A stretch of 58,542 nucleotides of DNA, filler included, from Squatina squatina (GCA_031763465.1; 3 parts of 3 records of this genome joined end to end with filler, not necessarily neighbours in it); one strand, 5' to 3'; shown: positions 12,881 through 25,775, counted from the whole stretch's first letter. Notes: a model not told the origin generated them from the letters alone. Numbers and translations are program-made.

Positions 12881-13866
12881 TAACCTGTAACAAGGCTCAG
12901 GAGAACAGGCTTAATTTTACTTAAGGATTCTTATAAACAGCATTGAAAGGAGGCTCTCATCCTATAATTCTGGGCTGGGTTCAGATGTGCCATCAGGAAG
13001 TNNNNNNNNNNNNNNNNNNNNNNNNNNNNNNNNNNNNNNNNNNNNNNNNNNNNNNNNNNNNNNNNNNNNNNNNNNNNNNNNNNNNNNNNNNNNNNNNNNN
13101 NCTGTACAACAAACAAAGTTGCTTAGTAACCTAGCTCCTTGCAGCAGCACCTAGAAAACACCATTATTGCACATGGGGACAACTTCCAGATCCATTTTAA
13201 AGTCACCTGCACATTGTATTTAAGGAGAACAGATATTCGGTTCTGAAAGTACTCTCCATTCTTAGCAGACTTTTCCCCAGAACAGCGCTCAGAAGCAAAG
13301 ACCGAAATTAAAAATGCAGATTGCAGTGCAAGAATGGGTTTTCCCCCAGCGATTTTTGAAGTTTATCATTTTATTTTAAAGGCAATTGATCAGTACTCTG
13401 TTGAGATAGTTGTCAGTGAGTTCTATGTAGGGATGTTGCCCTACTGCTGGGACTAGTCTCGGGATATTTGTACATGTGCATACTGCAGACCTGAGTTAGA
13501 GTCCTGATTGTACATCTCTCTGTCCAGGGACAAAGGAACTGTGCTTTGATTCTGCTCGATTGCTTGTTGTCATGCAATGTTTTTCCAACTGTAAAAAATT
13601 GAATATACCAAGCAATACAGGAGGGCAGAAAAGAAAATTGGATGTTACCAATTTCAAAGCTAATGTTTGTCTTTACTGTTAATTGTGACTTGGAAATACA
13701 TATGACGTGAGATGGATTATTGATTCCTGTCAGGGATTAGATGTACATTTTGTAATCTATGTTGCCCTTTTGCTGTGATGTTGCATTACAGGAAATGAGA
13801 CGGTGACTCACTTACTGAGTAGAGTTTTAATGCTTTTGCCACCCACTTATTGTGATTGTTTTGCAG

Positions 13867-14000
13867 GCCTTCAAGACTGCGCTAATGAGCTCCTATTGGT
13901 GCTTGGGGAAGGGTGATGTCATTGATGACTGGTGCAGATGTGACTTGAGTGCATTTGATGAGGATGGACTCCCAAGCTGCAGCCCGTTACCTCAGCCTGT
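13867..14000 (+). CDS. ASTN2: Astrotactin-2 next coding exon (134 nt, phase 0 to phase 2)
   Basis: Acceptor gttttgcag ends at 13866 and donor gtacgt starts at 14001. Translates [44 protein letters not shown](V), which continues the ASTN2 sequence directly after the 1798-2063 exon in matching phase. Not in the ORF track. Confidence 0.95.
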
Positions 14001-14390
14001 GTACGTATTCTAATCGCATTTGTAATCACCTTTGAGTAAGGTTTTACAGATCCCTGATGTTGCAAATCCTAGTGGCTATAATGTTTCATAAGATACCACC
14101 ACAGTCTGAGCTCTTTGGCACAGTTGTAGTAAACTTTAGAACACAAATGAGCCAGCAGGATCAAGTGTAACATTGATTTAAGTGCACATTTTATGATGTA
14201 ACCCTGGTATTTCATTAACTGACGACCATAACTTTATCATTCTTTGGGTTTTTTTCCCCCTTCTCGGATCTACCCCTTGCTTTCTTGATTTCCTCCCCAC
14301 CCAACTCCTGATCACTCAACTACTTTCCTTGCCCCAGTGCTCACTGGTAATATTGATGGCTCCCTTTTGTATAGGGACTGTTCCTTCATG

Positions 14391-14490
14391 NNNNNNNNNN
14401 NNNNNNNNNNNNNNNNNNNNNNNNNNNNNNNNNNTTAATTAATTAANNNNNNNNNNNNNNNNNNNNNNNNNNNNNNNNNNNNNNNNNNNN
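14391..14490. other. Artificial scaffold-concatenation linker
   Basis: Exactly 44 N, then TTAATTAATTAA (14435-14446; stop codons in all six frames), then 44 N. Confidence 0.97.
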
Positions 14491-14700
14491 CCAAAGTAGG
14501 AAAGAAATGGAAAATATTCAGACTGGGTCATGCACACAGGCCAGAATGGCCCTTTCTGATTCCTACAGTCATGTTCTCAGTGCTCGGCAGCAATTCACCA
14601 TTAGTTAAATGCAGACAAGTACTGGAGCGGACATCTTATTAACCTATATGGCATTTTCCTGTTGAAGTAAAATTAATGGATGTGAAAGGCATTTTTAAGA

Positions 14701-14703
<3 letters not shown>

Positions 14704-14738
<35 letters not shown>
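14704..14738. repeat. (CA)n microsatellite next to the WRAP73 splice donor
   Basis: Pure AC run. Confidence 0.97.
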
Positions 14739-14739
<1 letters not shown>

Positions 14740-14742
14740 TAC

Positions 14743-14895
14743 CTGTATAAGTCCACGTTTGTACATGGCACATAAGATGAAGAGAGAGTCTGCAGACCAT
14801 TCAACATATTGAATCTGGTCCAAACACGTGTACAGGTGCAGGACCTGCAAGGTGTGCACATCACGGATTACTAGTCGGTATTGGACGCAAACAGC
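14743..14895 (-). CDS. WRAP73: WD repeat protein WRAP73 (WDR8) coding exon, probably exon 2 (153 nt, phase 0 to phase 0)
   Basis: Minus-strand acceptor tttttgtgcag and donor CAG|gtaatg. Translates [51 protein letters not shown], versus remembered human [51 protein letters not shown]. Confidence 0.95.
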
Positions 14896-16045
14896 CTGCA
14901 CAAAAAGATGAAATACATTAACTCTCCAAAATCTAAATTTGTTTAAAAATAATTCATAGTTAGATCTTTTCCTCCCAAAAAATATCCAATATGCTACTGG
15001 GACTGGTTAATCAGTCTTGTTGCCTCTAGACCGCGGTTGGGAGTGATGGGGGTGGGGTTGAACACGAGATGTGGCCAACTTGGCAGGGAGGGCACCAAGC
15101 TGAGAACTGGGCAATGACGACTTAACTAGTTGAAAGGCCGAGCGGGGCACTGCAGAGATTGAAGGCCAAACCTGGAGGTTGAAGACGGGTGACGGAGGTT
15201 CCTGGGAGCGAAATGGAGACAGTCCTCCAAAGCTGCGTTGGCCAATCTCAAAATGATTGGGGGGTCGGGGTCATGACCCCCAACTGGTTCCACCACTGGG
15301 TTGCTCAGACAGTAGCCTCAAGTCTTCCCTTTCACCAATTTCTGACCAGCAAACTGTTGTTGTTTTAAATGAAAAGTATTTTGGATATCATGTTTAGGTT
15401 TATTAAATGCCTCTTTTTTAACCCAGTAATAGCACAAAAATCAGCCAGATGTGTGATTTTAAACAAATAAACTGTATACTGTCAGTGTTCATTTAAAATA
15501 AACAAAACAGGTCCGTCTTCCTACAACAGGCCTTGTACACTGAGACCAATAGGAAGAACCAGAGATGCCACACACTGCCAAATAACAACTCAATTAAACA
15601 GACAAGTCGTCCATCATAGCAGACGGTATTGTGATTAAAATGCCTGCTGTTATCATTGATATCATCCATCAGTCATGAGAGCTATACTTCAGGACGAAAA
15701 TGCCACAAATTAGCAGTGAAATATATATTTAATCAGCAAATACTTGACAAAGTTGGCAGAAAGAAATAACTGGTGACAAAACGACCTAGCGCACAGGTAA
15801 CAAGGAGAATCCATTATTCATTTGTAAGGTTGAGGACTCTCTCCATTTTCAGGAACTGTCGCTAACTAATCCACTTGTCTCAAAACCTGATGTTACAGAT
15901 TTGTAACTTAAATTGATTCTTGTCGTCTTGCTTCCAGTCACATTCTGGGCTTGGCTGAGACATGAGTGCGGATTGAGCCACTTTTTGAATTTCTTTTCCT
16001 TGTGCTGTTTGTTCTTCATGTATTCACCTCACACCCAGGAGAACT

Positions 16046-16244
16046 GGTGTGAAATTGGTCGTTGGCAGTGATAATGAATTGGCATCCTGTTTTATAACAC
16101 GTCTTTTTCATTGACTTCTGATGATTTTATTGAATGGTGGAGCAGGCTCGAAGGGCGAAATGCTTTACTCCTGCTCCTATTTCTTGTGTTCTCATGATTC
16201 ACTACCACCCATTCTGTGCTACTGCCGATGACCAATTTCACCCC
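16046..16244. mobile_element. MITE with ~24-bp TIRs, interrupted by a CR1-type 3' tail
   Basis: Left GGTGTGAAATTGGTCGTTGGCAGT versus right reverse complement GGGGTGAAATTGGTCATCGGCAGT. A CR1-like tail (attgaatggtggagcaggctcgaagggc...) sits at ~16129-16197. Confidence 0.7.
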
Positions 16245-16897
16245 TCAAAGGTCTCCAGGACATCAACTTACCTCCCATAAACATTTTTATGTTCCAAGTT
16301 GGACCGTAAGTTCTCCTGCATTCCCCCTTCCCCATCAAGCTAGGATTCCCATACCAGTGACATAATTGACACGCCTCATTGCACATGTCATGTTATATCT
16401 AAATGTGTACTNNNNNNNNNNNNNNNNNNNNNNNNNNNNNNNNNNNNNNNNNNNNNNNNNNNNNNNNNNNNNNNNNNNNNNNNNNNNNNNNNNNNNNNNN
16501 NNNNNNNNNNNGCTGAGAATTTGCGTTGCTTGGCTTATCACAAAGATTTACAAGCATCTGACCTTTTCAAGTGTGACTAACACTAGATCCCTGAATGCAC
16601 ATGTACATGTTCATTTCAAACCCAATGTTGCTCTCTGCAACAATGATTATTCATGACACAGTAAAATGGCTTTCCCAATGTGACTTTTATTACAAAATGA
16701 TCCACATCTTTTTTGAAATCTTACTCTGACTTATCCTCTCGGTGCCACTTTTGTGGTAAAATATTATTCCAACTTTGTTAACTCTTTAGAACCTTTATAT
16801 GTCAATATTTTCGGATGTGTTTACACAGTAGCTACTGGCTTTAGATCAGTAACTACAGAATGAATTTCATCCTGGCGATATCTGATTTATATTTGAA

Positions 16898-17095
16898 AGG
16901 CATAGAAGTTACAACATAAAATTAGTCCATTCAGCCCAACCAGTCCACCTCAGCATTTACCCTTCACACGAGGAAATCGTTCTAATCACATTCACCCACC
17001 CTATCCCTTTTATACGTGTTCCTTCATCCACCAATCCAATCTACTCTTGAATATTGAAGTAGGGAACATCCTCAAAGCTACGCCTGTTACACCAT
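16898..17095 (-). mobile_element. CR1 LINE 3' end, decayed
   Basis: catagaagttacaac...ccattcagcccaac tail and reverse-strand SIFKSRLD. Confidence 0.6.
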
Positions 17096-17217
17096 TGTAA
17101 CATAAGCGGAAGTGCAGNNNNNNNNNNNNNNNNNNNNNNNNNNNNNNNNNNNNNNNNNNNNNNNNNNNNNNNNNNNNNNNNNNNNNNNNNNNNNNNNNNN
17201 NNNNNNNNNNNNNNNNN

Positions 17218-17358
17218 CACACACACACTGGTCCACATCCAACTCCCCACACTCACGCACACACTGTACCCCATCCAACTCCCCACCCTCACACACACTG
17301 TACCCCATCCAATTCCCCACGGTCACACACATCAAATCCCATCCAACTCCACACACAC
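17218..17358. repeat. Short minisatellite with a ~35 bp unit (CACACACACTGTACCCCATCCAACTCCCCAC…)
   Basis: About four diverged units next to a gap. Confidence 0.8.
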
Positions 17359-18019
17359 AAAGATAAATCACATTTCCATCGCTTTTTCCAGGAATAATGG
17401 CCACATGAAATGAATGTAATTAAATTTAAAAGTTAGACAAATGTTACCATATTTATAATTCCTGGAACTGATAAAAGCAACATTGAGAGGCATCTTAACA
17501 ACCTGAACTTAGCATTGCTGCATAGTTGGTTGCCAGAGATATAATCAGCTCTGACAGGATTAAATGTGCCTGGAAAGGCGTGCTTTGAATATTAGGAGCC
17601 TCCGCTCATTAATTAAGTTTATTTTTGACCTACATCTTGTCCATTTTCAGAGAATTCATTTTTTAGAAAATTAAATGTGCCTTGTCGTGCTGTGTGATCG
17701 GCAGTAGATTTTTAAGACCCACACTAAGGGTTCAGCCAAGGTCTAACTTACAGTTTGTGTTTCACTAAGTGAGGGGCAGCTTAATCTCAAAACTCTAAAA
17801 CTCCAAGCATCGCAGTGGAACTGAATCCTTTTATGGCTAATATGTTTGCACTTTAATTCTGGAAATATCTTCAGCTAAGGTCCTTCATAGCTAAGGTCCA
17901 ACCATGTTTTATCTTTAAAGCTGTGATTAATAGGCAGTGAATGGATTGCAACTGAACAGTGAAATTTCACCTCTTTAACTGTCTTTCACCAATATATCAA
18001 AATACTAATCTCATGACTT

Positions 18020-18545
18020 CGGCACTCTGGAATTTACTTTCGAGTGTGTGGCCCCCTCCAGGCAGGGATACTGCAGCTGGGGCCTCATAACAGGATCCCA
18101 TATTTGCATGCTTTGTAGCTGTGGTTGGCTGCCACGCAGACTCGAGGCTCAAACCTGGGATAGACAGATGTGCAACTTGGAGAGACTGATGGAGCAAGTG
18201 CATAGGGGCTTTGAAGATGCCGCTCACCTTCTGCAATCTGCCCAACTGCACATTAGCGGAAGTGATGAGCTGCAGCCCCATGGGAGTGGCAGTGATGGAA
18301 AGGGTGTGGCATGTGTCGCCCTCTCACAGGATGTCAGCACTTTTCCACACCCGTCACCACCTCAACCAATACACAGTACAGTGCTTAAATGCCAGCTGGG
18401 CTAGATTGCCCCGGCAGAACTCAAAGTCGGAGCTTCCCAGGGTCAAGCACCCAGGTTTCCCCAGCCATGGTCATCTCAAGGCTTCCACCTTTCAGTCTTC
18501 CACAGCTGAAGACACTGGGGGAGCACCTTGGATGGGGTGAAGAAA
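18020..18545 (+). mobile_element. Probable Harbinger accessory-gene (Myb-like ORF) 3' remnant
   Basis: GC-rich block with ORF fragments (…NLERLMEQ…, …DTGGAP…) resembling the low-complexity C-terminus of elasmobranch Harbinger accessory ORFs as I recall them. No splice signals. Confidence 0.35.
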
Positions 18546-19153
18546 TATTCTGTCCGAAAGCACTGTGGGTTGAGCGCTTGGCTGTCAAAACAATTTAGTT
18601 CAATCTTCTGTTTGTAAATGAATTCATTGTCTGTAAAATCCTTTAGGATATCTTCAGGACGTGAAAGGCACTATAAACTGCAAGTTCTTTCCTTACTGCT
18701 AAATTAGATTTAGTGCTTCTGCAAAGCCAATTCGTTAAGGAGCTCAAATCAATGGAGTGATATAATCCTCATTCATTTCACCCCTTGCACGCTTAAATAC
18801 AGCAACGTGTGCAGTGTATTGGGATAAAGAGTTTGGTGGGGATTAGAAGATTGGTGTCACTGACATCATGTGGAATCAGAACACCAGGCATTGGTTCCAG
18901 TACGGTTACAATGTGGAAAATTGTTGAAGGAAAGAAAATTAAGGAATAAAATGCCAGTAGAGAAACTCCAGCAATTTCCTTGGCTTTGGAGTTGTAAAAC
19001 CTGTGTAATTCCTTCACTTCCAAAACCAGCTGTGATTGGCAACTGTATATGAATGATGCTTCTGCTTTCTGTAGGACTTTCAAAGTGTCGGTTATTATAA
19101 TGAAATCTCCTCATGGAAATACAAATTGTGAACTGTTTTTTTTGTTTTGGAAG

Positions 19154-19341
19154 CTGGGAGACCATTGGGCATAAATCTTGGGAAGAACAAGCTCTCTAGC
19201 GATGCTGCAGTCGATTATGTGGATGGAGTACGGGAGCTGGGCCCACTAGCTGACTACCTGGTTGTGAATGTGTCCAGTCCCAACACCCCAGGTTTAAGAG
19301 CACTTCAGGACAAGGAGGAGCTGCGCAACCTGTTAGTAAAG
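19154..19341 (+). CDS. DHODH: Dihydroorotate dehydrogenase (quinone), mitochondrial; internal exon with the catalytic NVSSPNT loop (188 nt)
   Basis: T-rich acceptor ending aag at 19153 and donor AAG|gtcagc at 19342. Translates [62 protein letters not shown], carrying the class 2 DHODH motifs NLGKNK and NVSSPNT. Confidence 0.96.
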
Positions 19342-19414
19342 GTCAGCAAGTGGCTTTCTTATTTTTGGCGTGTCCGATCAAGTAGCTAAAACCAGAACAC
19401 CCGGAGTCTGATAT

Positions 19415-19823
19415 TAGCACCCTCCCCTGAGTCAGAAGGTTGTGAGTTCAAACCCTGCTCCAGAGACTTGAGCGCAAAGTCTAGGCGGACACTGACGGTG
19501 TGCTGCACTGTCGGAGGAGCCGTCTTTCAGATGAGATGTTAAACTGATTCCCCTCTTGCCCTCTCGAGTGGAGCTAAATGGTCCCATGGTATTATTTGAA
19601 GAAAAGAAGGGCAGTTCTCCCCAGTGTCCTGGCTAATATTTATCCCTCAACCAACATCACTAAAAACAGATTATCTGGTCACTATCGCACTGCTGTTTGT
19701 ATGCAAATTGCATGCTGCATTCCCTCCATTACTATGCTTCCAGTGTACTTAAATGGCTGTGAAGCACTTGGCGACATCCTGAGGTCGGAAAAGGTGTAAT
19801 ATAAATACAAGTCTTTCTTTTTC
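19415..19823 (+). mobile_element. tRNA-derived Deu-domain SINE (SacSINE1-like), near full length
   Basis: B-box gagttcaaacc, central cagatgagatgttaaac...tcccatgg...gtgtcctggctaatattt (Deu-domain-like) and an L2-like tail tataaatacaagtctttcttt. Confidence 0.8.
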
Positions 19824-20871
19824 TTAAGGGAGAAAGCAAGTATCTGCCAGAATTATATTTATTTCAATTCCTGTACCTGGGCTAATGCTGACAAGTGACA
19901 NNNNNNNNNNNNNNNNNNNNNNNNNNNNNNNNNNNNNNNNNNNNNNNNNNNNNNNNNNNNNNNNNNNNNNNNNNNNNNNNNNNNNNNNNNNNNNNNNNNN
20001 AGGAACTTAAGACACAGACCTGTCCCTCCACTATTGCTCATTACCAACAGACACCATGACACAGAAGCTGTCTACTTCCTCCATTGCTGCCAGGACACTT
20101 GGACTTCAACTCCTGTGTATTCCTGTTGCCAGGAAACGTAAACAGAAAATAATAGTATTTAAAAGTTAGGTTAAAAATGGCATCCTATCTCACTCTCTCA
20201 TTCACACCCTTTCAGCTGTTAATGGCACCTGCCTACAAAGCAGTTGGTGTGAATTCCAAAATGTCAACTCTCATGCACAGATGGGCAAAATGGAACAAAA
20301 TGGCATCCATTGCATGTTCTGTTTTTTTTTTAAACGCACTGCCCATTCAAGCCTCACACAGGCTCAGATTTCACTTTTCTGCATATCCACATTTTGGCTC
20401 AATTTGGATGGGTTCAAGTTTAAAACTCAGCTTCAGTAATTATTTTTTGATGGCGTTTGACTGACCTTATTGATTTTACACCACGTAAAAACAACATATG
20501 CTCATTTAATGGGACAAATCTCGCTGGAGCGGGGAACCTTGCTGAGCATAGTTAGACCATTTCCTGTACCCTTCAGGTGGCAAAAAAAGTTTTTATCTAA
20601 AATTTGACATTTTTTAAAATCTCCAACAACAATTTACTAANNNNNNNNNNNNNNNNNNNNNNNNNNNNNNNNNNNNNNNNNNNNNNNNNNNNNNNNNNNN
20701 NNNNNNNNNNNNNNNNNNNNNNNNNNNNNNNNNNNNNNNNTCAAATATATGCCTGTAAGGTGGGTTTTAAACTTTTGCCAACTTACTTTAATTTTAAAAG
20801 CCACAGATTGGCATAAATCATATCAAAATCCTTTCTAGGGGAAAATGGTTGAGAAGCCTAAAACATGACAA

Positions 20872-21470
20872 ACACAGCAACATATTGTATTTATATAGTG
20901 CCTTTAATGTTACAAAACTTTCCAAGACACTTCATAGAGTTGTGAGGACAAATAGATGTCAATCTAAAAAAAGAGAAAATAGGAGGGGTGACCAAGAGCT
21001 CTATCAAGAAGGTGAGTTTTCTAAGGGTCTTAAAGTAGGAGAGGGAAGAGGAAATAGGGATGGGTTTAGAGAGGTTATTTCAGAGAGTGGGACCTAGGCA
21101 GCTGAAGGCACGGCCACCAATGGTGAGGTGAAGTGAGTGAGGGATGCACAAGTGCCCAGAGTCAAAAGAACTGAGAGTTCTCAGGAGAGGTTGGGGCCTT
21201 TTAGGACTGAATGAGGTTGCAGAGGCAGCAATGTGTGTTGAAGGACGAAGAGCCAATGCATGTCAGTGAGGATTGGAATAAGATGGGCGGGCACTGGTAG
21301 CAGAGTTTTGTTTGACTAGAGTTGATGGAGCANNNNNNNNNNTGTTTCGAAGTTGGAAGTAAGCCATCTTTCTGATAGAGGGAATATGGGGTCAGAAGCA
21401 CTGCTGGAGGTCAAGTTGGATATCAAGGTTGCAAACTGCCTGGTTCATCCTGAGACAGTGGGGCAGGGGC
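20872..21470 (-). mobile_element. L2 LINE 3' region
   Basis: Reverse tail tgtatttatatagtgcctttaa, then gaccaagagct and gcagctgaaggcacggccaccaatggtg. This is the reverse complement of the element at 54048-54275. Confidence 0.75.
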
Positions 21471-22439
21471 TGGAGACAATGACAAAGAAGTGTAGTTTGT
21501 GGTTTTAGTGGCTAGTTAGTATGCAATGGAAACTTCCACCTGCACAGCAGGCTACCGCTGTGAGCTTATATGCACCTGCCCAGAATATTGGAGTGCTGCT
21601 GAAGCAACCATTTAAAAGGAAACCAAGCTAGTACTGGAAAAAAAAACTGCTGTGGAATGCAACTGAGTTTTCCAATGTTTTATGGAGCACTCAGCAGGTT
21701 GAACTGTCAGATTCAATGATGCTTCAAGGCGAGCTTGGCTTTCTTAGCACTCCAGGATCTCCTTCCTGGAGAGGTATACAAAAAACATCACCTATAATAA
21801 TTTCTTGTATGTAGACATTATGTGAAGTAGTGTCGTTCAGCTGAGATTGTAGCATACGTTATTCCTCTGTTTTTGTCGATATTCACTATAAGCAAGATAA
21901 CAGTCACAATGGCTCAGAAGAAGCTAACACCTTACAGTACCTTTCATCACTAATTCCACTTTTTGCAAGCACTAGCCCAGAGGAATTAGGTGATGAGTTT
22001 GAGGGGTTCACCACATGAGCTTACTTATTTCCTTAGTTGCAGAATGTAGGGATTCAAACGTTACTCATGAAATAATCACATTAGGCAAATCATTGAAGTT
22101 ATGTGTGTAAATAACGATGATAGATTAGGCGTGAAGCCACTGAGACAGAAGACTGGGAAGGATGAGTCTGCCAAGATTCACATGGATGCTTGTCTTGAAT
22201 ACAAATCTATTTTGTTTCACCAACATGTGCCAGTGAGTTACACCTGGATGATTCAAGTTATGGACAAGGAATGTCAGTTTTTATAATCAAAATGCATGTG
22301 CGCATTGGTAATTCATAGTATGCACTATTTATACAGCAAACATACTGTACCCATCTGTTGTGTTAAACACAAACCTGCTCTTGATCACCTAAGCAGCCTG
22401 TCATTCTCTAAAATACCAGTTTTTCTATTATCACTACAG

Positions 22440-22508
22440 ATTGACCTGCTCTCAAATATTGGCTTTTCCGCTGTGGCGAACATATACCATTCCTTTAGAA
22501 TGTACAAG
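22440..22508 (+). CDS. Unassigned candidate exon (69 nt)
   Basis: Acceptor tttttctattatcactacag and donor AAG|gtgaaa. Two frames are open (IDLLSNIGFSAVANIYHSFRMYK or LTCSQILAFPLWRTYTIPLECT). Confidence 0.35.
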
Positions 22509-24327
22509 GTGAAACAGAGGGTGCACTGAAACTGAGAGAGTTGACACTAAGTCACACATGAACTATTTAGGTATTTTAAAAGGTATATTTAAATAGTGTA
22601 AGATGGATTTGAATTCTGACCTTTTGTTAATATGTTACACAGCTTTCATATTTTCCTGGTTAGCTCANNNNNNNNNNNNNNNNNNNNNNNNNNNNNNNNN
22701 NNNNNNNNNNNNNNNNNNNNNNNNNNNNNNNNNNNNNNNNNNNNNNNNNNNNNNNNNNNNNNNNNNNCCAGGGACGTGGAAGTCCTGCCGATCTTAACGG
22801 CAGGGCCTCATTTGAATAATCTTGGGCAGACTTATTCATTGAGTAATTAACAAATGTTAACCTGCACTCCAGGTAACACACAGCCATCTGCCAATTGGAC
22901 AGGGAGAAAATCTTCATGCCCGAAACATTTCCATTTCAACAGCAAGCTTTTATATTTTCCACTGAAATTGTTAAGGTTGCTACCGCCCCTGCCCTTCAAA
23001 TGAAAAAGTAGCTGCCACTGAATGATGGAATAGCTGCAGCTGCAGTTTTAGTCCCATATGGGCCAAGGCATCTGTAATACTCATTGTATAATGTCCCTGT
23101 AGTCAGCAGGCACAATAGATGCATTTTCATATTTTAAAGTATTTCATAGTGAATAAGTCTCACTATAAATCTTCCTTACAGTTACATTATATAAAATTCA
23201 TACGTGGCCTTTGAGTGAAAATTCATAAGCATCGGGGTCCCAGAAATTCAAACAAGTTGAGAAGGCATGTACGTTTTGGTTTGCATAAAACTGTATAGCC
23301 AACGGATCATTGACGTGTATCTACTTCTATCATCTCTCAAAAAAGCAGTTGGAAAGTTTGTCTTTTGCAGATTTAACTATAGTTTTAATTGTAACTTTCA
23401 GACAGACAATGAGAGTTACATTTTTTATTAAAGGATTATTTCTTTGTTCTTAAAAAATATCTGGCCCCAATTGGTCTGACCTCACGCCCGGGTAGCACCA
23501 AATAGTGGCACAAACCGGACGTGAAATCAGCGGTGAGGCCACAAATTTAAAAGTGCTTTAATGGGCCTGCGTATAGGCCCCGCCACTGGGGACGCAGTTG
23601 GCGCCGGTGGCGGGCATGCCGCTGGCCACTCAGCGCCTGCCCCCGAGCCCCCCCNNNNNNNNNNNNNNNNNNNNNNNNNNNNNNNNNNNNNNNNNNNNNN
23701 NNNNNNNNNNNNNNNNNNNNNNNNNNNNNNNNNNNNNNNNNNNNNNNNNNNNNNCCTGACACCACTTGTCTAGTTCCTGCTTTATTATACTGTTGTACTG
23801 AACTAGTCATGCAGAATAACCATTTGCTGCCAATTTTTATTCAAACATTCCATTTATCTAGCAAAACCTGTATAATTGAGCTCCTGCAGTGAGCCATCAC
23901 CTGTCCCAGCTGCAGTGATGTTTTTAACTGTTTGCCCTCACCAGACCTCTTTCTCACTGAAACAGACTGTTGTCTCAATCAACTGCAAACAGGTCATGAT
24001 GAGGAGATAATGGAACATGATTTTATTTCCTAATGTGAGAATTTTTCTTTCTCAAAATTAATTTAAAACATGTCATGCCTATTTTTATAAAATCTACTGA
24101 TTTACAATACATTTACAATTGTGGTGCTTATTGGTTTCTTATCTAAAGTGGTAATGTTAAAGTGATGGAAAAGATAAACTATCCTAATCTTTACAGCACC
24201 ATTCCTTATGCCACCCATTATGCAATCAGTAAGGACACTGACAAGAATAGAAACTATTAACAAAGCTGCATAGCACTGTTGACAACACTTTGGAAGTTCC
24301 TGATAAAATTGTGACAAACATGGCATG

Positions 24328-24491
24328 CAACGTTCCCTCTAATAATTTTTGGGGCCACACGGTCCCTTTAACAGACTGCGCGGCCCATTGAAAATTCCGT
24401 GCAGGTGTGGTTTTTTGATTTAAAAGCCAGCTCATTGGCTGCGCGGGACCTTCAGAGCGCTGTGTGGCCACGCAGCTTAGAGGGAACATTG
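24328..24491. mobile_element. hAT-superfamily MITE, 164 bp, with 15-bp TIRs and a perfect 8-bp TSD
   Basis: Left end CAACGTTCCCTCTAA. Right end TTAGAGGGAACATTG (reverse complement CAATGTTCCCTCTAA, 14/15 match). ATGGCATG occurs at 24320-24327 and 24492-24499. Confidence 0.92.
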
Positions 24492-25775
24492 ATGGCATGA
24501 TCTGTTTAAATGAGCTGGGATTCTCTTTCAATAAAATGAATTTGCATATTAGCAGATGAGATGATGAAATGCAGTTTAAATTTTGCTCAAATATAAATGC
24601 AAGCCTAGGTAGTTCAGCGAATCCAATTGGTCCAATTTAAATTTAAGAAATCCTTACTTGTATTCTTGTACTTCCCAGAATACATCTATGATCAGCGAAA
24701 GGAGTACATAGTTCTTTCCAACATTAACTTTCAGACTCGGAAGCCCCACAGGCTAATTTAATTGCACCCACCTATCAGCTCTTNNNNNNNNNNNNNNNNN
24801 NNNNNNNNNNNNNNNNNNNNNNNNNNNNNNNNNNNNNNNNNNNNNNNNNNNNNNNNNNNNNNNNNNNNNNNNNNNNNNNNNNNATGAATTTTCCTGTGCT
24901 GAGTTTCACGGGTAATTAATGTGCAACTGCAGCAACTACATGAAAATCAAGGGGAAGTTAAGGGTGAGATGTCGTTTTTGCAAAGCTAAAGATGGAGTGG
25001 TGCAACTTATGGTGCTTCGTGATTCACAGGGTATCTCTTCCTCGCCACAAGTTGCTGGCCAGTTTGCACATTAATAACGGTGTGCTTCGTTCGCATCCCG
25101 TTATTTTTTCAGCAACTTCCCGTCCAATATTTTTCCCATCACAGATATCAAGTTAACGAACCTGTGATTCCTTAGATCATGATTCTGCCCTTTGATTAGA
25201 GATTGCTATATTAGCCATTAGATAAAGTTCTGGTACCCCCCTTGTATCCAATGATCTTTGAAAAGTACCTGTCACAAGTTTTTCAATTCCAGGGACAATT
25301 TTTCATGCTGCCATGGAATTTGAATGACTTGACTGTATATAATGGAGATTGCATACAAAGGATTTTAGATGTGGTTGTAAATTTTTGTTTTTAAAAATGA
25401 CATACCAATTACACAGTGCCTGTGATGTATTGTCACCACCTACATTTTGTTTCGATGTTGCTGTCATCAGCAATTTTGTTTCAATGCTTCAGGAGGCAGA
25501 AGGTTTCCCAAAGCACTTCCAGTGATCTCCATGTTATGCCATTGTGATGGACAGGATCTCCTTTGTTTGCTTTTAGCTTACGACATGTGTCAAAATCTTA
25601 CAGCCACAAGTTTTATTTTAAGTCTCTCCAAATTTGCTGACTATAAATATCTGCTTTTGTGGCATCATAATTCTAACAGTAAGTACAGTACTTTTAAAAG
25701 ATTTATGTTTTCTGTGGCAGCCTGTTTTTCTTCTGCTGTAAACTGAAGTTAGTTTTTAGCATGACCTCAATACAG

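Noticed and set aside
14435-14446. TTAATTAATTAA as a biological palindrome or piggyBac target
   Set aside because: It is centred in exactly 44+44 N and repeated identically at 42326, so it is an artificial linker.
17625-17659. ATGAAT... on the minus strand as the WRAP73 start exon (also near 23226)
   Set aside because: They translate MNSLKMDKM* and MNFHSKATY..., not the expected MNFSE.FK...FSPDGKYL.
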